NCBI GenBank assembly: GCA_037447435.1 | Contig: JBBIGR010000005.1 | Span: forward strand, 1 to 64,000 | Direction of reading: 5' to 3' | DNA: 64,000 bases | Source: Fibrobacteria bacterium | GTDB taxonomy: Bacteria > Fibrobacterota > Chitinivibrionia > Chitinivibrionales > FEN-1185 | Shown: piece by piece, positions 20,834 to 30,618 of the stretch | Layout of the letters: every line of letters starts with the position of its first letter | Position numbering within the stretch: position 1 is the stretch's first letter | The notes under the pieces: model-generated | What the model saw: only the letters and a program-made list of their open reading frames with translations | Told to the model about the DNA's origin: nothing | Database searches by the model: none | Translations under genes and position numbers: made by a program

Positions 20834-21292
20834 TTACTGTATAGTAAGAAGACTCGCTTGTATGGAATGGAGTTTGGCAACCTCGTTTTCTTCCGTAACG
20901 ATGAGTTCATGTATCGCTTTGGAAACATGCTCATGGTCCAACTGATCGCCTAGCCAGTGATATAAGCAGACCAGCACATCGATAAATTCAACGGCAACGG
21001 CAATTACCTCGTCAGAAGATGATTTTGAATCCAAATAGTACGTATCAAAAACACGCTCCGGAAAAAAATCATCGGCCGAATGCTTGAGCGGAAGCTGTAA
21101 AAGTCTATTCAATTCTTCGTTTGAAAACAGGGCCTTGAGGCTAGACAAATTTTTCTTATGACGGGCCAAATGATAGGTTAGAAGCCTTGCATAATCGTTA
21201 GAAGCCCTGTCGCGGAAATCCGCAAAGAACGCAGTCATACTGTTGACGTATTCCTGCGCTCTATCGAACATTTTTCCCAAAGTCGCATCCAT
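20834..21292 (-). CDS. Hypothetical helical (ferritin/rubrerythrin-like) protein, paralog of 55884..56345
   Basis: All-helical pattern, E..E..KL C-terminus; shared RLL...A......FS.EEL....P segment. Confidence 0.55.
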   Translation of the reverse strand: MDATLGKMFDRAQEYVNSMTAFFADFRDRASNDYARLLTYHLARHKKNLSSLKALFSNEELNRLLQLPLKHSADDFFPERVFDTYYLDSKSSSDEVIAVAVEFIDVLVCLYHWLGDQLDHEHVSKAIHELIVTEENEVAKLHSIQASLLTIQ

Positions 21293-21325
21293 AATTATTA
21301 CCCCTTGTAAACGTTTCCGGACGTG

Positions 21326-21721
21326 TTATTCCCGGTTCAGAATTGCCTTCACTTTGCTTTTTAGCGAATCAAAATCTACGGGTTTTTCCAGGAATTCGGA
21401 TACCGGCATCCACTCGGCATCGATATCCAGATTGCTGAAGCCGATGGGAATTTTCTGGTTAATCGCCGAAAGCATGAGCACCGGAATCCGTTTATCATTG
21501 ATTGATTTTTGAGCTATCCACCGCGCAAGATCGAATCCGCCGGATGCATTTCCGGGAAACATGACATCGAGTAAAACGAGGTCTGGACGCCGCAATTCAA
21601 TCGATTTCTTCGCTTCTTCCGGATCCAATTTAATTTCGGTTTCATACCCTTCTGCAGCCAATACTTTAGCCGATGCGCCGGCAATATCCGGATCATCGTC
21701 GATAATTAAGAGGTACGACAT
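21326..21721 (-). CDS. Single-domain response regulator
   Basis: LIIDDD, DLVLLDVMFP, LSA, EKP; AAGGAG RBS before ATG 21721. Confidence 0.9.
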   Translation of the reverse strand: MSYLLIIDDDPDIAGASAKVLAAEGYETEIKLDPEEAKKSIELRRPDLVLLDVMFPGNASGGFDLARWIAQKSINDKRIPVLMLSAINQKIPIGFSNLDIDAEWMPVSEFLEKPVDFDSLKSKVKAILNRE

Positions 21722-21832
21722 AATAGTACTCCTTTCAATAAACTTATTTGACAAATTGATCGCTTGAAAATACCGGTATTTGCTCAAACGATCGAAAGCT
21801 CAATACCATCTCATGTTACAAAGACATTCAAA

Positions 21833-22924
21833 TCAGAACTTATCGTAAAAAATATCCGCGGGGGTCACCCCTTTTTCCAGCAACACCCGGGTAACCGCCT
21901 CGATCATCGGCGGCGGCCCGCATAAAAACGCCTGTCTCTTGACATTTTGCGCTAAATGCTTATCAACAGACAAATGCACAAAACCGCGTTCGCCGCTCCA
22001 CAGTTCTCCATCCTTGACAGGATCGGATAACGCGTACATCACCTTGAGAGTAGGGTGTTTTTTAGCCAACTCCAAAAATTCATTGAAATAGAAAACGTCC
22101 TGATTGGTACGGCAGCCGAAAAAAAGCCAACACGACCGTTGGGGCCATTTTTCGTAAAGAGAGTATATTATGTTTTTCATGGGTGCCATTCCGCAGCCGC
22201 CGCCGACACAAATGATTTCGGTTTCAGGTTCTTCACTAAGGCGAAATTCGCCGTAAGGCCCGGTAAATTCCACGCTGTCGTTTTCTTTGAGGCTGTGCAG
22301 ATAGGTCGAGCCCAGCCCTTGCGGCATAAGCCGGACATTGAGTTCGACATGCTTTTTATCGAACGACGGGCTCGAAATCGAATAGGCGCGAAAAACAGGA
22401 CCGTCCGGGGTCGGCACTTTAATTTGCACATACTGCCCCGGGCGCTGCGAAATTTCCGACGGCTCAATAATCGAAAACCGGATTTCCTTTATATCATGCG
22501 TCAGTGTTTTGACGCTTTGAACACTTGCCGAAAAAAGCTTTACATTGAGCATTTCTTCGGGAATCTTCATATGCAATTCCTGTTTCACTTTTACCTGACA
22601 CGCCAAACGCAGGTTCGCGCGCTGTTCGGTACGGGTTAGAAAGGTAGTTTCCGTCGGAAGCACCGGGCCGCCGCCTGAAATCACCGTGACCTTACAAAAG
22701 CCGCATGTCCCATGGCCTCCGCAAGCGGAAGGAATGAATATTTTCTGCTCTATGAGGCAGGAAAGCAATGTCATTCCGCCTTCAACGTCGAAGGATCGCT
22801 GCCCCGCGTTGATATCAACTTTACAGATGCCGTAATTGGCCAGGTATCTTTCGGCGACCAACAGTAACGCGGTTAAAAACACCATCATGCCGACGAAAAC
22901 GGATGTTGCGTATATGTAAATCAT
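21833..22924 (-). CDS. nqrF: Na+-NQR subunit F (2Fe-2S/FAD NADH-oxidising)
   Basis: N-terminal TM, CGGHGTCGFC...RLAC, RAYS, GPYGEF, GGGCGMAP, LCGPP. Confidence 0.88.
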   Translation of the reverse strand: MIYIYATSVFVGMMVFLTALLLVAERYLANYGICKVDINAGQRSFDVEGGMTLLSCLIEQKIFIPSACGGHGTCGFCKVTVISGGGPVLPTETTFLTRTEQRANLRLACQVKVKQELHMKIPEEMLNVKLFSASVQSVKTLTHDIKEIRFSIIEPSEISQRPGQYVQIKVPTPDGPVFRAYSISSPSFDKKHVELNVRLMPQGLGSTYLHSLKENDSVEFTGPYGEFRLSEEPETEIICVGGGCGMAPMKNIIYSLYEKWPQRSCWLFFGCRTNQDVFYFNEFLELAKKHPTLKVMYALSDPVKDGELWSGERGFVHLSVDKHLAQNVKRQAFLCGPPPMIEAVTRVLLEKGVTPADIFYDKF

Positions 22925-22939
22925 CTCATTTGCCTTCCA

Positions 22940-23530
22940 TTACTCGATTGCGACCATTCCTGCGAACCCCATAAATGCCATGGCCATGAATCCCGCAATA
23001 ATCATGACGATTCCCGCACCGGCAAACGCTTTCGGCGGGTTACTGTACCCCGCCTTTTTCCGCAACGCAGCCATAAGGACGGCGGAAAGCATCCAGCCCC
23101 CGCCGGCTCCAAATCCCCATCCGACGGTTTGCATAAACGAATAATGCCGTACCACCATGAAAAGAGCTGCGCCCATGATGGTGCAGTTTACCACCATGAG
23201 AGGCAGAAAAATCCCAAGCGAATAGTACAATTTGGCATTGAAACGTTCGACAATCATTTCGGCGAGCTGGACAAATGCGGCTATAACGGCGATAAACATG
23301 AGAAACATCAAATATTCCAAACGCAACGGTATCAATATATTGTAATATATCACGTAATTCAATACCGTCGTAAGCCCGGTAACAATCGTCATAGCCATTC
23401 CGAGGCCGGTAGCCGAAAGCATATTCCTGGTGCAAGCAAGCCAATGGCACATTCCAAGGAAATTCGACAATAAAATATTGTTTGTAAATAACGCCGCAAA
23501 AAATATTAAATATGCCGGAGTGTGATTCAT
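22940..23530 (-). CDS. nqrE: Na+-NQR subunit E
   Basis: NNILLSNFLGMC, IAAFVQLAE, GIFLPLMVVNC. Confidence 0.88.
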   Translation of the reverse strand: MNHTPAYLIFFAALFTNNILLSNFLGMCHWLACTRNMLSATGLGMAMTIVTGLTTVLNYVIYYNILIPLRLEYLMFLMFIAVIAAFVQLAEMIVERFNAKLYYSLGIFLPLMVVNCTIMGAALFMVVRHYSFMQTVGWGFGAGGGWMLSAVLMAALRKKAGYSNPPKAFAGAGIVMIIAGFMAMAFMGFAGMVAIE

Positions 23531-24189
23531 TTCTTTATTCCCTGTGGTTTTAAAACAGTGAGATTAAGTACGGCAATGAGAATGCCAAGCCCGAAAAATG
23601 CGCCGGGCGCCAAAACCATCATTTGATTCGGCGTGTAAATGGCCGGCGGCAACAGCAAGTGGCCCAAAATCTTGCCGGTCCCGAAAAGTTCGCGTACGGT
23701 ACCGATAACGATCAAAACAAGCGCATACCCGAGTCCGTTTCCGACACCATCGACAAGCGATACTATGGGTTTGTTTTGTATGGAAAATCCTTCGGTCCTG
23801 CCGAGTGTCAGCGTATTGGTTATGATGAGCCCTACATAGGGGCCGAGTTGACGGGATGCTTCCCAATAAAATGCCTTAAGCAACTGATCGAGAATTATGA
23901 CGAATACGCACACGACAAGTACTTGGGTAATGATCCTGATGCGATGCGGAATGGTGTGCCGAAGCAGCGAAACAACGAGTGTGGAAAAGGAAAGGACGAA
24001 TACGTATCCGATTCCCATCACCAGCGACGTTTCGAGTTTACTGGTTACGGCAAGCGCCGAACAAATTCCCAGGACCTGCGCGAAAATAGGATTATTATCG
24101 AGGACTCCATCTCTAAAGGTCTTGGTTCCTTTACCATCGCAAGCGCCGCAATGGGTCATTCCTGCGGTCAAAGAAGCGTTATTTGCCAA
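23527..24189 (-). CDS. nqrD: Na+-NQR subunit D
   Basis: NNPIFAQVLGICSALAVT, GLIITN, DGVGNGLGY, RELFG, LAPGAFF; TTG start after AGGAGG inferred. Confidence 0.88.
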   Translation of the reverse strand: MANNASLTAGMTHCGACDGKGTKTFRDGVLDNNPIFAQVLGICSALAVTSKLETSLVMGIGYVFVLSFSTLVVSLLRHTIPHRIRIITQVLVVCVFVIILDQLLKAFYWEASRQLGPYVGLIITNTLTLGRTEGFSIQNKPIVSLVDGVGNGLGYALVLIVIGTVRELFGTGKILGHLLLPPAIYTPNQMMVLAPGAFFGLGILIAVLNLTVLKPQGIKK

Positions 24190-24808
24190 AACCAACCTCC
24201 TTATCGATTGTTGCAATTATGGACGAGAGTACCGCTTCGACCTTTCCACATGTCAATGTCGCCCCGCTGATCCCGTCGATTTCATTGGATGCTTTTGCGC
24301 CGGTTCGTTTTATCTTGATTCCGGGTTTTCCAAAATCATCCCGAATTTTTTTTCCGATAAATTCGTTCTGAAACCTTTCTGTGCCGATTTCACCGCCCAA
24401 ACCCGGAGTCTCCTCATTTTGATAAAACGAAATGCGACGAATGGTCACCATGTCGGTGTCGAGAGCAATAAATCCTTTAATCAAGCCCCATACCCCGCCG
24501 CCGGAAAATCCTATGGCGATTGCAAGCACTTTCGACGAATCGACGCTGTCGCACGAAACATACATTTGCAAATCGCCTTTTTTACGCAACTTAACCTTAC
24601 TTTCAAACTGTGCGACGAGTTGCCGGGAAGTCGCGCCTTGAGCAACGGGAATATCCAGCACATGCATAATGTTGCGAACCTCTTCGGCACGGGCATTAGC
24701 TTCACGATACGGTGCGGTAAACTCCCCGACGGTCGTGGGAACAAGCGCACAGACGACGCCAAGCATAAACGCATAAAATATCGTGTAAAGATTACGCTTC
24801 ATTTTCAA
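24179..24808 (-). CDS. nqrC: Na+-NQR subunit C (FMN-binding)
   Basis: G.GVWG.I, ETPGLGGEI, DGISGATLT. Confidence 0.88.
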   Translation of the reverse strand: MKMKRNLYTIFYAFMLGVVCALVPTTVGEFTAPYREANARAEEVRNIMHVLDIPVAQGATSRQLVAQFESKVKLRKKGDLQMYVSCDSVDSSKVLAIAIGFSGGGVWGLIKGFIALDTDMVTIRRISFYQNEETPGLGGEIGTERFQNEFIGKKIRDDFGKPGIKIKRTGAKASNEIDGISGATLTCGKVEAVLSSIIATIDKEVGFGK

Positions 24809-25880
24809 GCCGTTTCATTTGTATTTTGTATACTATTTCATCAATCAACGGTGACGCGATGTTCCCCAAAAGTATGGCAAACATGACGCCCTCGACATAC
24901 CCCGAAAAGTTCCGTATCAGTATTGTTACTACACCGATAATGGCGCCATAAAACCATTTACCTGTATTGGTTGCCGGGCTTGTGACCGGATCGGTGGCCA
25001 TGAAAAATGCGCCGAAAAGAAGCCCGCCCGCGCCGATATGCCACAGGGCGGGAACAAAAAGGGTAGGATTGACATAATGCAAAATGCCCGCCATGACAAA
25101 GGCGGAAACAAGTACCGATGCGACCGTTCGCCAGCTCGCGATTCTCGTCATAAGCAAAAACAGACCCCCGGCAACAATCGCAATACCGCTTGTTTCGCCG
25201 ATGCATCCCGAAACGTTTCCCATAAAAAGCGGCAGAATGTCGGTATGTATCCCCTGCTTCAGCAATCCGAGGGGGGTCGCTTTGGAAATTGCATCTAAAG
25301 AATTGGCCGAAACATATTCCGTCAACCTGCCTGCCAATCCGGAACCCGGAACGATCCAGCCCGACGACATCGCTACGGGATAACTCACCGCAAGAAAGCA
25401 ACGTCCCGCGACCGCAGGGTTAAATAAATTTCGTCCGGTACCGCCAAAAAGCTCTTTCCCCATAATAACCCCGAACAACACCCCCAATCCTACCATCCAA
25501 AGAGGGAGTGTCGGAGGAAGAATGAGCGGATAAATGAGTCCCGTCACCAGAAAGCCTTCATTGATTTTTTCCTTGCGAATGACGGCAAAAACCACTTCCG
25601 CAATACCGCCGATTGCATACGATACGATTATAACCGAGAAAACCCGCAAGCCGAAAAAGTAAAATCCCGCCAGCGTGCAAGGAATCATTGCGACAATGAC
25701 AAGGGACATGAATCGTTTAAGATCGAGCGGGTCCCTGACATGGGGTGCCGATTTCGTACGCTCGCTTGTCGAAAAAAGGAAATTTTCAGCAGCTTCGAAT
25801 AATGGACCGAAGCGTTCGGCTTTTCCCTTTGGGCCAAAATGCGGTTGCATTTTTTCTAATATTTTGAGTAACCAGGTCAT
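24792..25880 (-). CDS. nqrB: Na+-NQR subunit B
   Basis: PHVRD..DLKR.M, KELFGGTGRNLFNPA, DAISKATPL, GSIGETS-like, FMATDPVT, EGVMFAIL. Confidence 0.9.
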   Translation of the reverse strand: MTWLLKILEKMQPHFGPKGKAERFGPLFEAAENFLFSTSERTKSAPHVRDPLDLKRFMSLVIVAMIPCTLAGFYFFGLRVFSVIIVSYAIGGIAEVVFAVIRKEKINEGFLVTGLIYPLILPPTLPLWMVGLGVLFGVIMGKELFGGTGRNLFNPAVAGRCFLAVSYPVAMSSGWIVPGSGLAGRLTEYVSANSLDAISKATPLGLLKQGIHTDILPLFMGNVSGCIGETSGIAIVAGGLFLLMTRIASWRTVASVLVSAFVMAGILHYVNPTLFVPALWHIGAGGLLFGAFFMATDPVTSPATNTGKWFYGAIIGVVTILIRNFSGYVEGVMFAILLGNIASPLIDEIVYKIQMKRLENEA

Positions 25881-25881
25881 T

Positions 25882-27270
25882 TTAATGCCCCGCCTTTTCG
25901 GGTGTAAGTTCTTCACGGAGTTTCATCTTGACCGCTGCAATTTCCGAATAAAGGTTTATTTTGGATGGGCAGACATATGAACAGAGCCCGCAATCGACGC
26001 AAAGATCCGGCCGGTAAAATTCCAATTCGTCCATATTCGATTGATAGACAAGTTTATGGATCGCGCTTGGGACAATTTCCGCCGGACATACCTTGGAACA
26101 AAACCCGCAGTTGACGCAAGCTCTGCCTTCACCGCAGAGGGCCGTATCCACTTTTTCTGAAAACGCGGGACGAAGCGCACTTGCAAATGCCGGAGCAAAA
26201 GAACGGCGGTCGAACCCAGGAGTCACAAATTTCAGGAAAGAACGATTTACTTGCTCCGAAAGAACGGTGATTCCCCCGCATTCGCAATCTATCCCCTTTT
26301 GCAGTTCCGATATGATTGCGCCAGAAAAAACGCCTCCGTTCAAATATCGCGAGCCGGTTTCACATTCCGCCATGTGCAGTAATTCGGCCAACGGGTATCC
26401 GACAGGTACCTTAAAATGAGCAGGTTTTTTAACTGCAGGGCCGCCGATCGCTACTACTTTCTCGGCAACGATTTGCGAGTTTGTCAAGACACTGTCTATG
26501 GCCAACACCCCTTCCGTCCGAAGTGTCCAGACATTGTCCTTATTGCTTTTAGAGATAAGCCCCAACTTTCGTGCGAGCAACCGAAAGTCGTCGAACGGAT
26601 AGGTAACGGGAATTTCGACAAGTTTGATCCACGCAAAGCCGCGTATCGTTTCTTTTATTTTAAGGGCAAGTTCGGTGGTAATTTTAGGAAACACGAGGAA
26701 TATTGGTTGATATTCTAGAAGAGGCTGCAAATGCTCAAGCCCTCTTGTAAAGCTGGCAAGTTTTTCTTTCAATAAAACATCACCGCGCACGGAGAAGGGT
26801 TCGATGGTGATTGTCGAAACAATAAGTGCAGACGGTATCGCCATCGGGTCGGGCAACAATCCGGTTGCCGCATCCTTAAAGTATTGCCATGCTCCCATTT
26901 TCAACAACTTGAATCTCACTTGCCCACTTGAATCAAGATTGGACGGTGCATGAGGCCAAGAAGACGTTTGTTGATTGCTTCCGGCGGCAGATACGGGTTT
27001 CACCTTATCGATTACGATTTGTCCGAGAGTGCGGTCTAAATGAATTGTCCCTCCGCGGGAAGCAAGCAACGGAACATTGAATTGCTTCGGGTCACAGGCG
27101 AGGATTGTCCCTTGGGTAACGTCCGTATTGTCCTGAACAACAATTTCCGAGAAATGAAACCGACGGGTGCGAAGAGGAATAAACAGAGTCGACGGCTCGG
27201 GAGGCGTCTGCACAATTGCGGAGGGACGGCCCACTATTCGGATATCGAATCCGCCTTTCAATCTTTTCAT
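25882..27270 (-). CDS. nqrA: Na+-NQR subunit A with an intact C-terminal 2x[4Fe-4S] domain
   Basis: NqrA-like N-terminus KRLKGGFDIRIVGRP, GAWQYF, GEGRA; first in nqrA-F order; CVNCGFCSKVCP and CVDCGLCSYVCP. Confidence 0.8.
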   Translation of the reverse strand: MKRLKGGFDIRIVGRPSAIVQTPPEPSTLFIPLRTRRFHFSEIVVQDNTDVTQGTILACDPKQFNVPLLASRGGTIHLDRTLGQIVIDKVKPVSAAGSNQQTSSWPHAPSNLDSSGQVRFKLLKMGAWQYFKDAATGLLPDPMAIPSALIVSTITIEPFSVRGDVLLKEKLASFTRGLEHLQPLLEYQPIFLVFPKITTELALKIKETIRGFAWIKLVEIPVTYPFDDFRLLARKLGLISKSNKDNVWTLRTEGVLAIDSVLTNSQIVAEKVVAIGGPAVKKPAHFKVPVGYPLAELLHMAECETGSRYLNGGVFSGAIISELQKGIDCECGGITVLSEQVNRSFLKFVTPGFDRRSFAPAFASALRPAFSEKVDTALCGEGRACVNCGFCSKVCPAEIVPSAIHKLVYQSNMDELEFYRPDLCVDCGLCSYVCPSKINLYSEIAAVKMKLREELTPEKAGH

Positions 27271-27305
27271 GGATTTCCTTCTTTGCGTTGGGTCTTATAT
27301 ACCCA

Positions 27306-28778
27306 TTATGTTTCAAGCCTGCTCTTAGGCAATACGGCGGTCACTATTGTCCCTTGTCCCAATTCGCTTTCGACCTTCAACCGAATACCGTGGGTCTCGG
27401 CAACTTTCTTAACAATCGCAAGCCCGATCCCCGTTGATGCACTGTTATGACAAACCGATTCCTTCGTATGAAAATAGTCTTCAAAAATATGCGGCACCTT
27501 TTCGGCAGGAATCCCTATCCCACGGTCCGCCACCCGAAAAACAGGAGCATCGATTTGCGTATCATAATCACAACGAACGAATACGACACCGTTTTCGTTC
27601 GAATAGACAATGGCGTTCGAAATAATATTTTCAACCATCATGTGGATCTGATCCGCTACGGCGTACGTTTGAGTTTTTTCAATGGAGGTTTCGATGGTTA
27701 TTTTTCGCTGTCGCGCAAGAGCGGTCAGTTCATCAACGCAGCGTTCAACGATTTCATCAAAAGCAATATTTACCGGTTCCGGCGGGACAAGGGGCGTATT
27801 GAGCCGGGAAAGCTTCAGCACATCGAGTATCAATGCAGCCAGGCCTCTTGCCCGTGCGTCGATTTTTTGTAATAAAGCAACAACCTCGACCGGTATTTTT
27901 TCGCCATTAAAATATAACACAAGCGAAATATTGCTTCGTATCGCGTCAAGCGGCGCTTTGAGCTGATGGGTCATCTGGGCCGAATACCGGTCTTTTTCAA
28001 GCTGCAAATTCCGAGTCTCCTCGCCTGCCGCAACGAGTTGTTTTTCCCGAATGCGAATCACCTTTGTCAGTCGGGATACCATATACCAAAGCAAAAAGAA
28101 CAGGGTTGTAACCGAGAATACATGCCACGCGAGGTACGATCCGTTTGCAAAATATCCTAATGGTCCCATAGCCCGCGCGGCAAAAACCGCATGCGGACGT
28201 ATAAAACCGATATATTCGAAAAAAACGCACGCCCCATACAAAACCGATGATATAAACGTCACGGAAAGGCTAAGATGGATAGGAAAAAAAATGCATGCAA
28301 GTGCTATATGGAGAATGTAAAGAAACGGGGCCGGTGTGGCGACGCTCCCGCCGAAATGAACGACAACGGCGATACAGGATATATCAATAACGATTTGAGC
28401 CCACATCTGAGCGTGAGGCCCTACGAATCCAGACAGGCTTTTTCTACGGGATACTACATAAAATATGCCGTTGGCAAATAATAGAAAACAAGCAAGATAC
28501 AGCGACCACGTTCCCTCGGAAACTACCCCGATAAAATGTATCACTGCAGATGGAAGGAACGAAATGCAATAATACAAAAGCAATATTGAACACGACACCC
28601 ATCGCAACGAAATATACCACGCGATATTCCGGTTCAGGACTTCGGCGCTGAACTGATGAGAATCCGGGCTCGTTGGCGATATGCAGTCCGCGCCATCGCG
28701 CTTTTTCCAGAAAAAATCGACTGCGTTCATTGCCGCCATATCGCGTAGGATCATTTCCGCGTTGCATTCATTGTACAA
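27306..28778 (-). CDS. Multi-pass membrane sensor histidine kinase
   Basis: About 6 TM; THQLKAP H-box, NIISNA, DRGIGI, TGIGL. Confidence 0.9.
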   Translation of the reverse strand: MYNECNAEMILRDMAAMNAVDFFWKKRDGADCISPTSPDSHQFSAEVLNRNIAWYISLRWVSCSILLLYYCISFLPSAVIHFIGVVSEGTWSLYLACFLLFANGIFYVVSRRKSLSGFVGPHAQMWAQIVIDISCIAVVVHFGGSVATPAPFLYILHIALACIFFPIHLSLSVTFISSVLYGACVFFEYIGFIRPHAVFAARAMGPLGYFANGSYLAWHVFSVTTLFFLLWYMVSRLTKVIRIREKQLVAAGEETRNLQLEKDRYSAQMTHQLKAPLDAIRSNISLVLYFNGEKIPVEVVALLQKIDARARGLAALILDVLKLSRLNTPLVPPEPVNIAFDEIVERCVDELTALARQRKITIETSIEKTQTYAVADQIHMMVENIISNAIVYSNENGVVFVRCDYDTQIDAPVFRVADRGIGIPAEKVPHIFEDYFHTKESVCHNSASTGIGLAIVKKVAETHGIRLKVESELGQGTIVTAVLPKSRLET

Positions 28779-29128
28779 GAATGAATTGCACTTAGCAACC
28801 GATCCGGCGAAACCGGTTTTTCAAGGATTCCGACGTCAAATCCCCGATCTTTAAAATACGGCCTCACCATTTCGCCGAGCGAGGTCATAAGAATTACCGG
28901 AACGCGGGGAAAACGATTTTGAAGCAGTTCGAATGCGATAAGCCCAGAATCCTGCTCCTCGATCATTGCGTCCAAAAGTATCAAGTCGAATTCATCCTGG
29001 TCTAAAGCAGGAAATACATCGCCCAATGTCCGTACACTCGTGACGTAAAAGCCCTCTCTTTGTAACACGGCGCAAACCATGGTCCCGATATCCGGATCAT
29101 CATCGACATGCAAAATCCTTTTCGACAC
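28751..29128 (-). CDS. Single-domain response regulator
   Basis: ILHVDDD, DLILLD, TS, EKP. Confidence 0.9.
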   Translation of the reverse strand: MSKRILHVDDDPDIGTMVCAVLQREGFYVTSVRTLGDVFPALDQDEFDLILLDAMIEEQDSGLIAFELLQNRFPRVPVILMTSLGEMVRPYFKDRGFDVGILEKPVSPDRLLSAIHSCTMNATRK

Positions 29129-29149
29129 ACACCCTCCAAAGCATCTTAC

Positions 29150-30094
29150 TTATAATGCTTTCAATCCACCGTATTGCACATGGAGAACCGGAAAAAAATC
29201 GTTTTTCAAATAAACCGATAAATTGGTCTGGAATTCCGGCCATTCGCCAAGCAATGCTACCGCATCGTTACAAAGAGACTCGATAAGATTAACCAATCGA
29301 TCATCGTTTTCCCGCGCATCGTTTGCCAAGGTATACTTCCTTCGCAATCTATCGGTACCCAAGGTTTTTTTGTTGGCATCCGGATCGCCTTTTTCATCTA
29401 TCAAATCATCGGCAAGTTGATATGCGGTACCGATTATATAGCCGACTTCTTCAAGGGCGACGCGAAGCCGCAGGTCCGGACCGCAACAAAGAGAGGCACC
29501 GAATCCGAACAAAGGCCCTGTTTTGCCTCGTGCGATTTTAATGCAATCTTCTTTATTGAGAGTTTTCCCCCGATAAATAAGTTCTTGCTGTATTTCGGCC
29601 GAGCAAGTCTCATGCATTTTTTCGATAAATCCCGCTATTTGCGACGCATCGCCTTTTTTTGTAAGAAGGTCTATAGCTGCACAAAGATATAGGTCGCCGA
29701 TAAGTATTGAACCGCTTGTCGATGTTTGGCGCCACAAACTCGGCTCACCCCGTCGCATTTCACCGACATCGATGACATCATCATGAAAAAGAGTGGCAGC
29801 ATGAACGAGTTCGATAGCGGCGCATGCATTTGCAAGCATTTCCCTGTCAAATGATATTGTTTTGTTTTCTGAAAGCCGCTGAACCAATAGCGTACGGAGC
29901 ATTTTTCCGCCGGCAGGATTCCCGTTTTGCAATTTGATATGACGAAAGCTTTTTTCATTGATAAACCACCGATGCAGAATATCCTTTACCAAGATGACGA
30001 GTTCAGCGTCCGACGAAGCGTATGAGGCCTCGCGGTGACCGGAATCGGTATTTTGAATATTTTTCGGCGAATCAATTACGATATTTTCAACCAT
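29150..30094 (-). CDS. Polyprenyl diphosphate synthase
   Basis: GGKMLR, ELVHAATLFHDDVID...RRG, KTG.LF, YQLADDLID. Confidence 0.9.
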   Translation of the reverse strand: MVENIVIDSPKNIQNTDSGHREASYASSDAELVILVKDILHRWFINEKSFRHIKLQNGNPAGGKMLRTLLVQRLSENKTISFDREMLANACAAIELVHAATLFHDDVIDVGEMRRGEPSLWRQTSTSGSILIGDLYLCAAIDLLTKKGDASQIAGFIEKMHETCSAEIQQELIYRGKTLNKEDCIKIARGKTGPLFGFGASLCCGPDLRLRVALEEVGYIIGTAYQLADDLIDEKGDPDANKKTLGTDRLRRKYTLANDARENDDRLVNLIESLCNDAVALLGEWPEFQTNLSVYLKNDFFPVLHVQYGGLKAL

Positions 30095-30208
30095 TGTTGT
30101 TCCTTTGGTCAATTTTCAATGTTACGATACCCCAACCGACATATAAACCGGAACATCCCTTGATGTTTTAACTAATTGGCAAGCAGTATCTAACATCACA
30201 GGGATTAT

Positions 30209-30224
30209 CGCAATTGTCATGCCA
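30209..30224 (-). promoter_or_regulatory. sigma54 promoter of the polyprenyl synthase-TCS-nqr operon
   Basis: Minus strand TGGCATGACAATTGCG. Confidence 0.75.
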
Positions 30225-30298
30225 TAGTATTGAAAGTATGGATACGTTAAAAAAAATACAGATTTTCTTTTATATGCATGTTCCTGTCAGTTTCTTTT

Positions 30299-30316
30299 CG
30301 GATGATTATTCATCCG
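30299..30316. promoter_or_regulatory. Palindromic motif B (candidate enhancer-binding site) between divergent sigma54 promoters
   Basis: CGGATGA-TTAT-TCATCCG with perfect 7-bp arms; weaker copy AATGATTTTTAAAC at 30321. Confidence 0.55.
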
Positions 30317-30473
30317 TTTTAATGATTTTTAAACTTTCCCCATAAAATCCCTTCGTTGAATACCCTGTATCATATAGTAACAAAAGTTTACCATTAAGCT
30401 TCTTTTTCTCTGTATTAGGGCTATATACAATAATTTACCTAGGTTCCGGCATATAAAACAAGAAAAGTTTAAT

Positions 30474-30489
30474 TGGCTCATTCTTTGCT
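30474..30489 (+). promoter_or_regulatory. sigma54 promoter of the dodecaheme cytochrome gene
   Basis: TGGCTCATTCTTTGCT. Confidence 0.7.
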
Positions 30490-30618
30490 TCAATGTTTAC
30501 AGTACTCAAAATTGTTCACAGTGGCATTTTTTCCGTGATATCTCGTATATTTCCAATGACCTTAATTGAGAATAAATAGTATAATCAATTTTTTGCAACG
30601 TTCCATTAAAAAGGAGTT

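Noticed and set aside
23897..24886. 329-aa plus-strand ORF and other long antisense ORFs (e.g. 46286-47008, 18043-18639)
   Set aside because: Shadow frames opposite well-supported genes, with no recognisable motifs
21833..27270. Rnf complex
   Set aside because: NqrF rather than RnfB is present, the gene order and B/C/D/E motifs are Nqr-type, and the RnfC flavin/NADH motifs are absent
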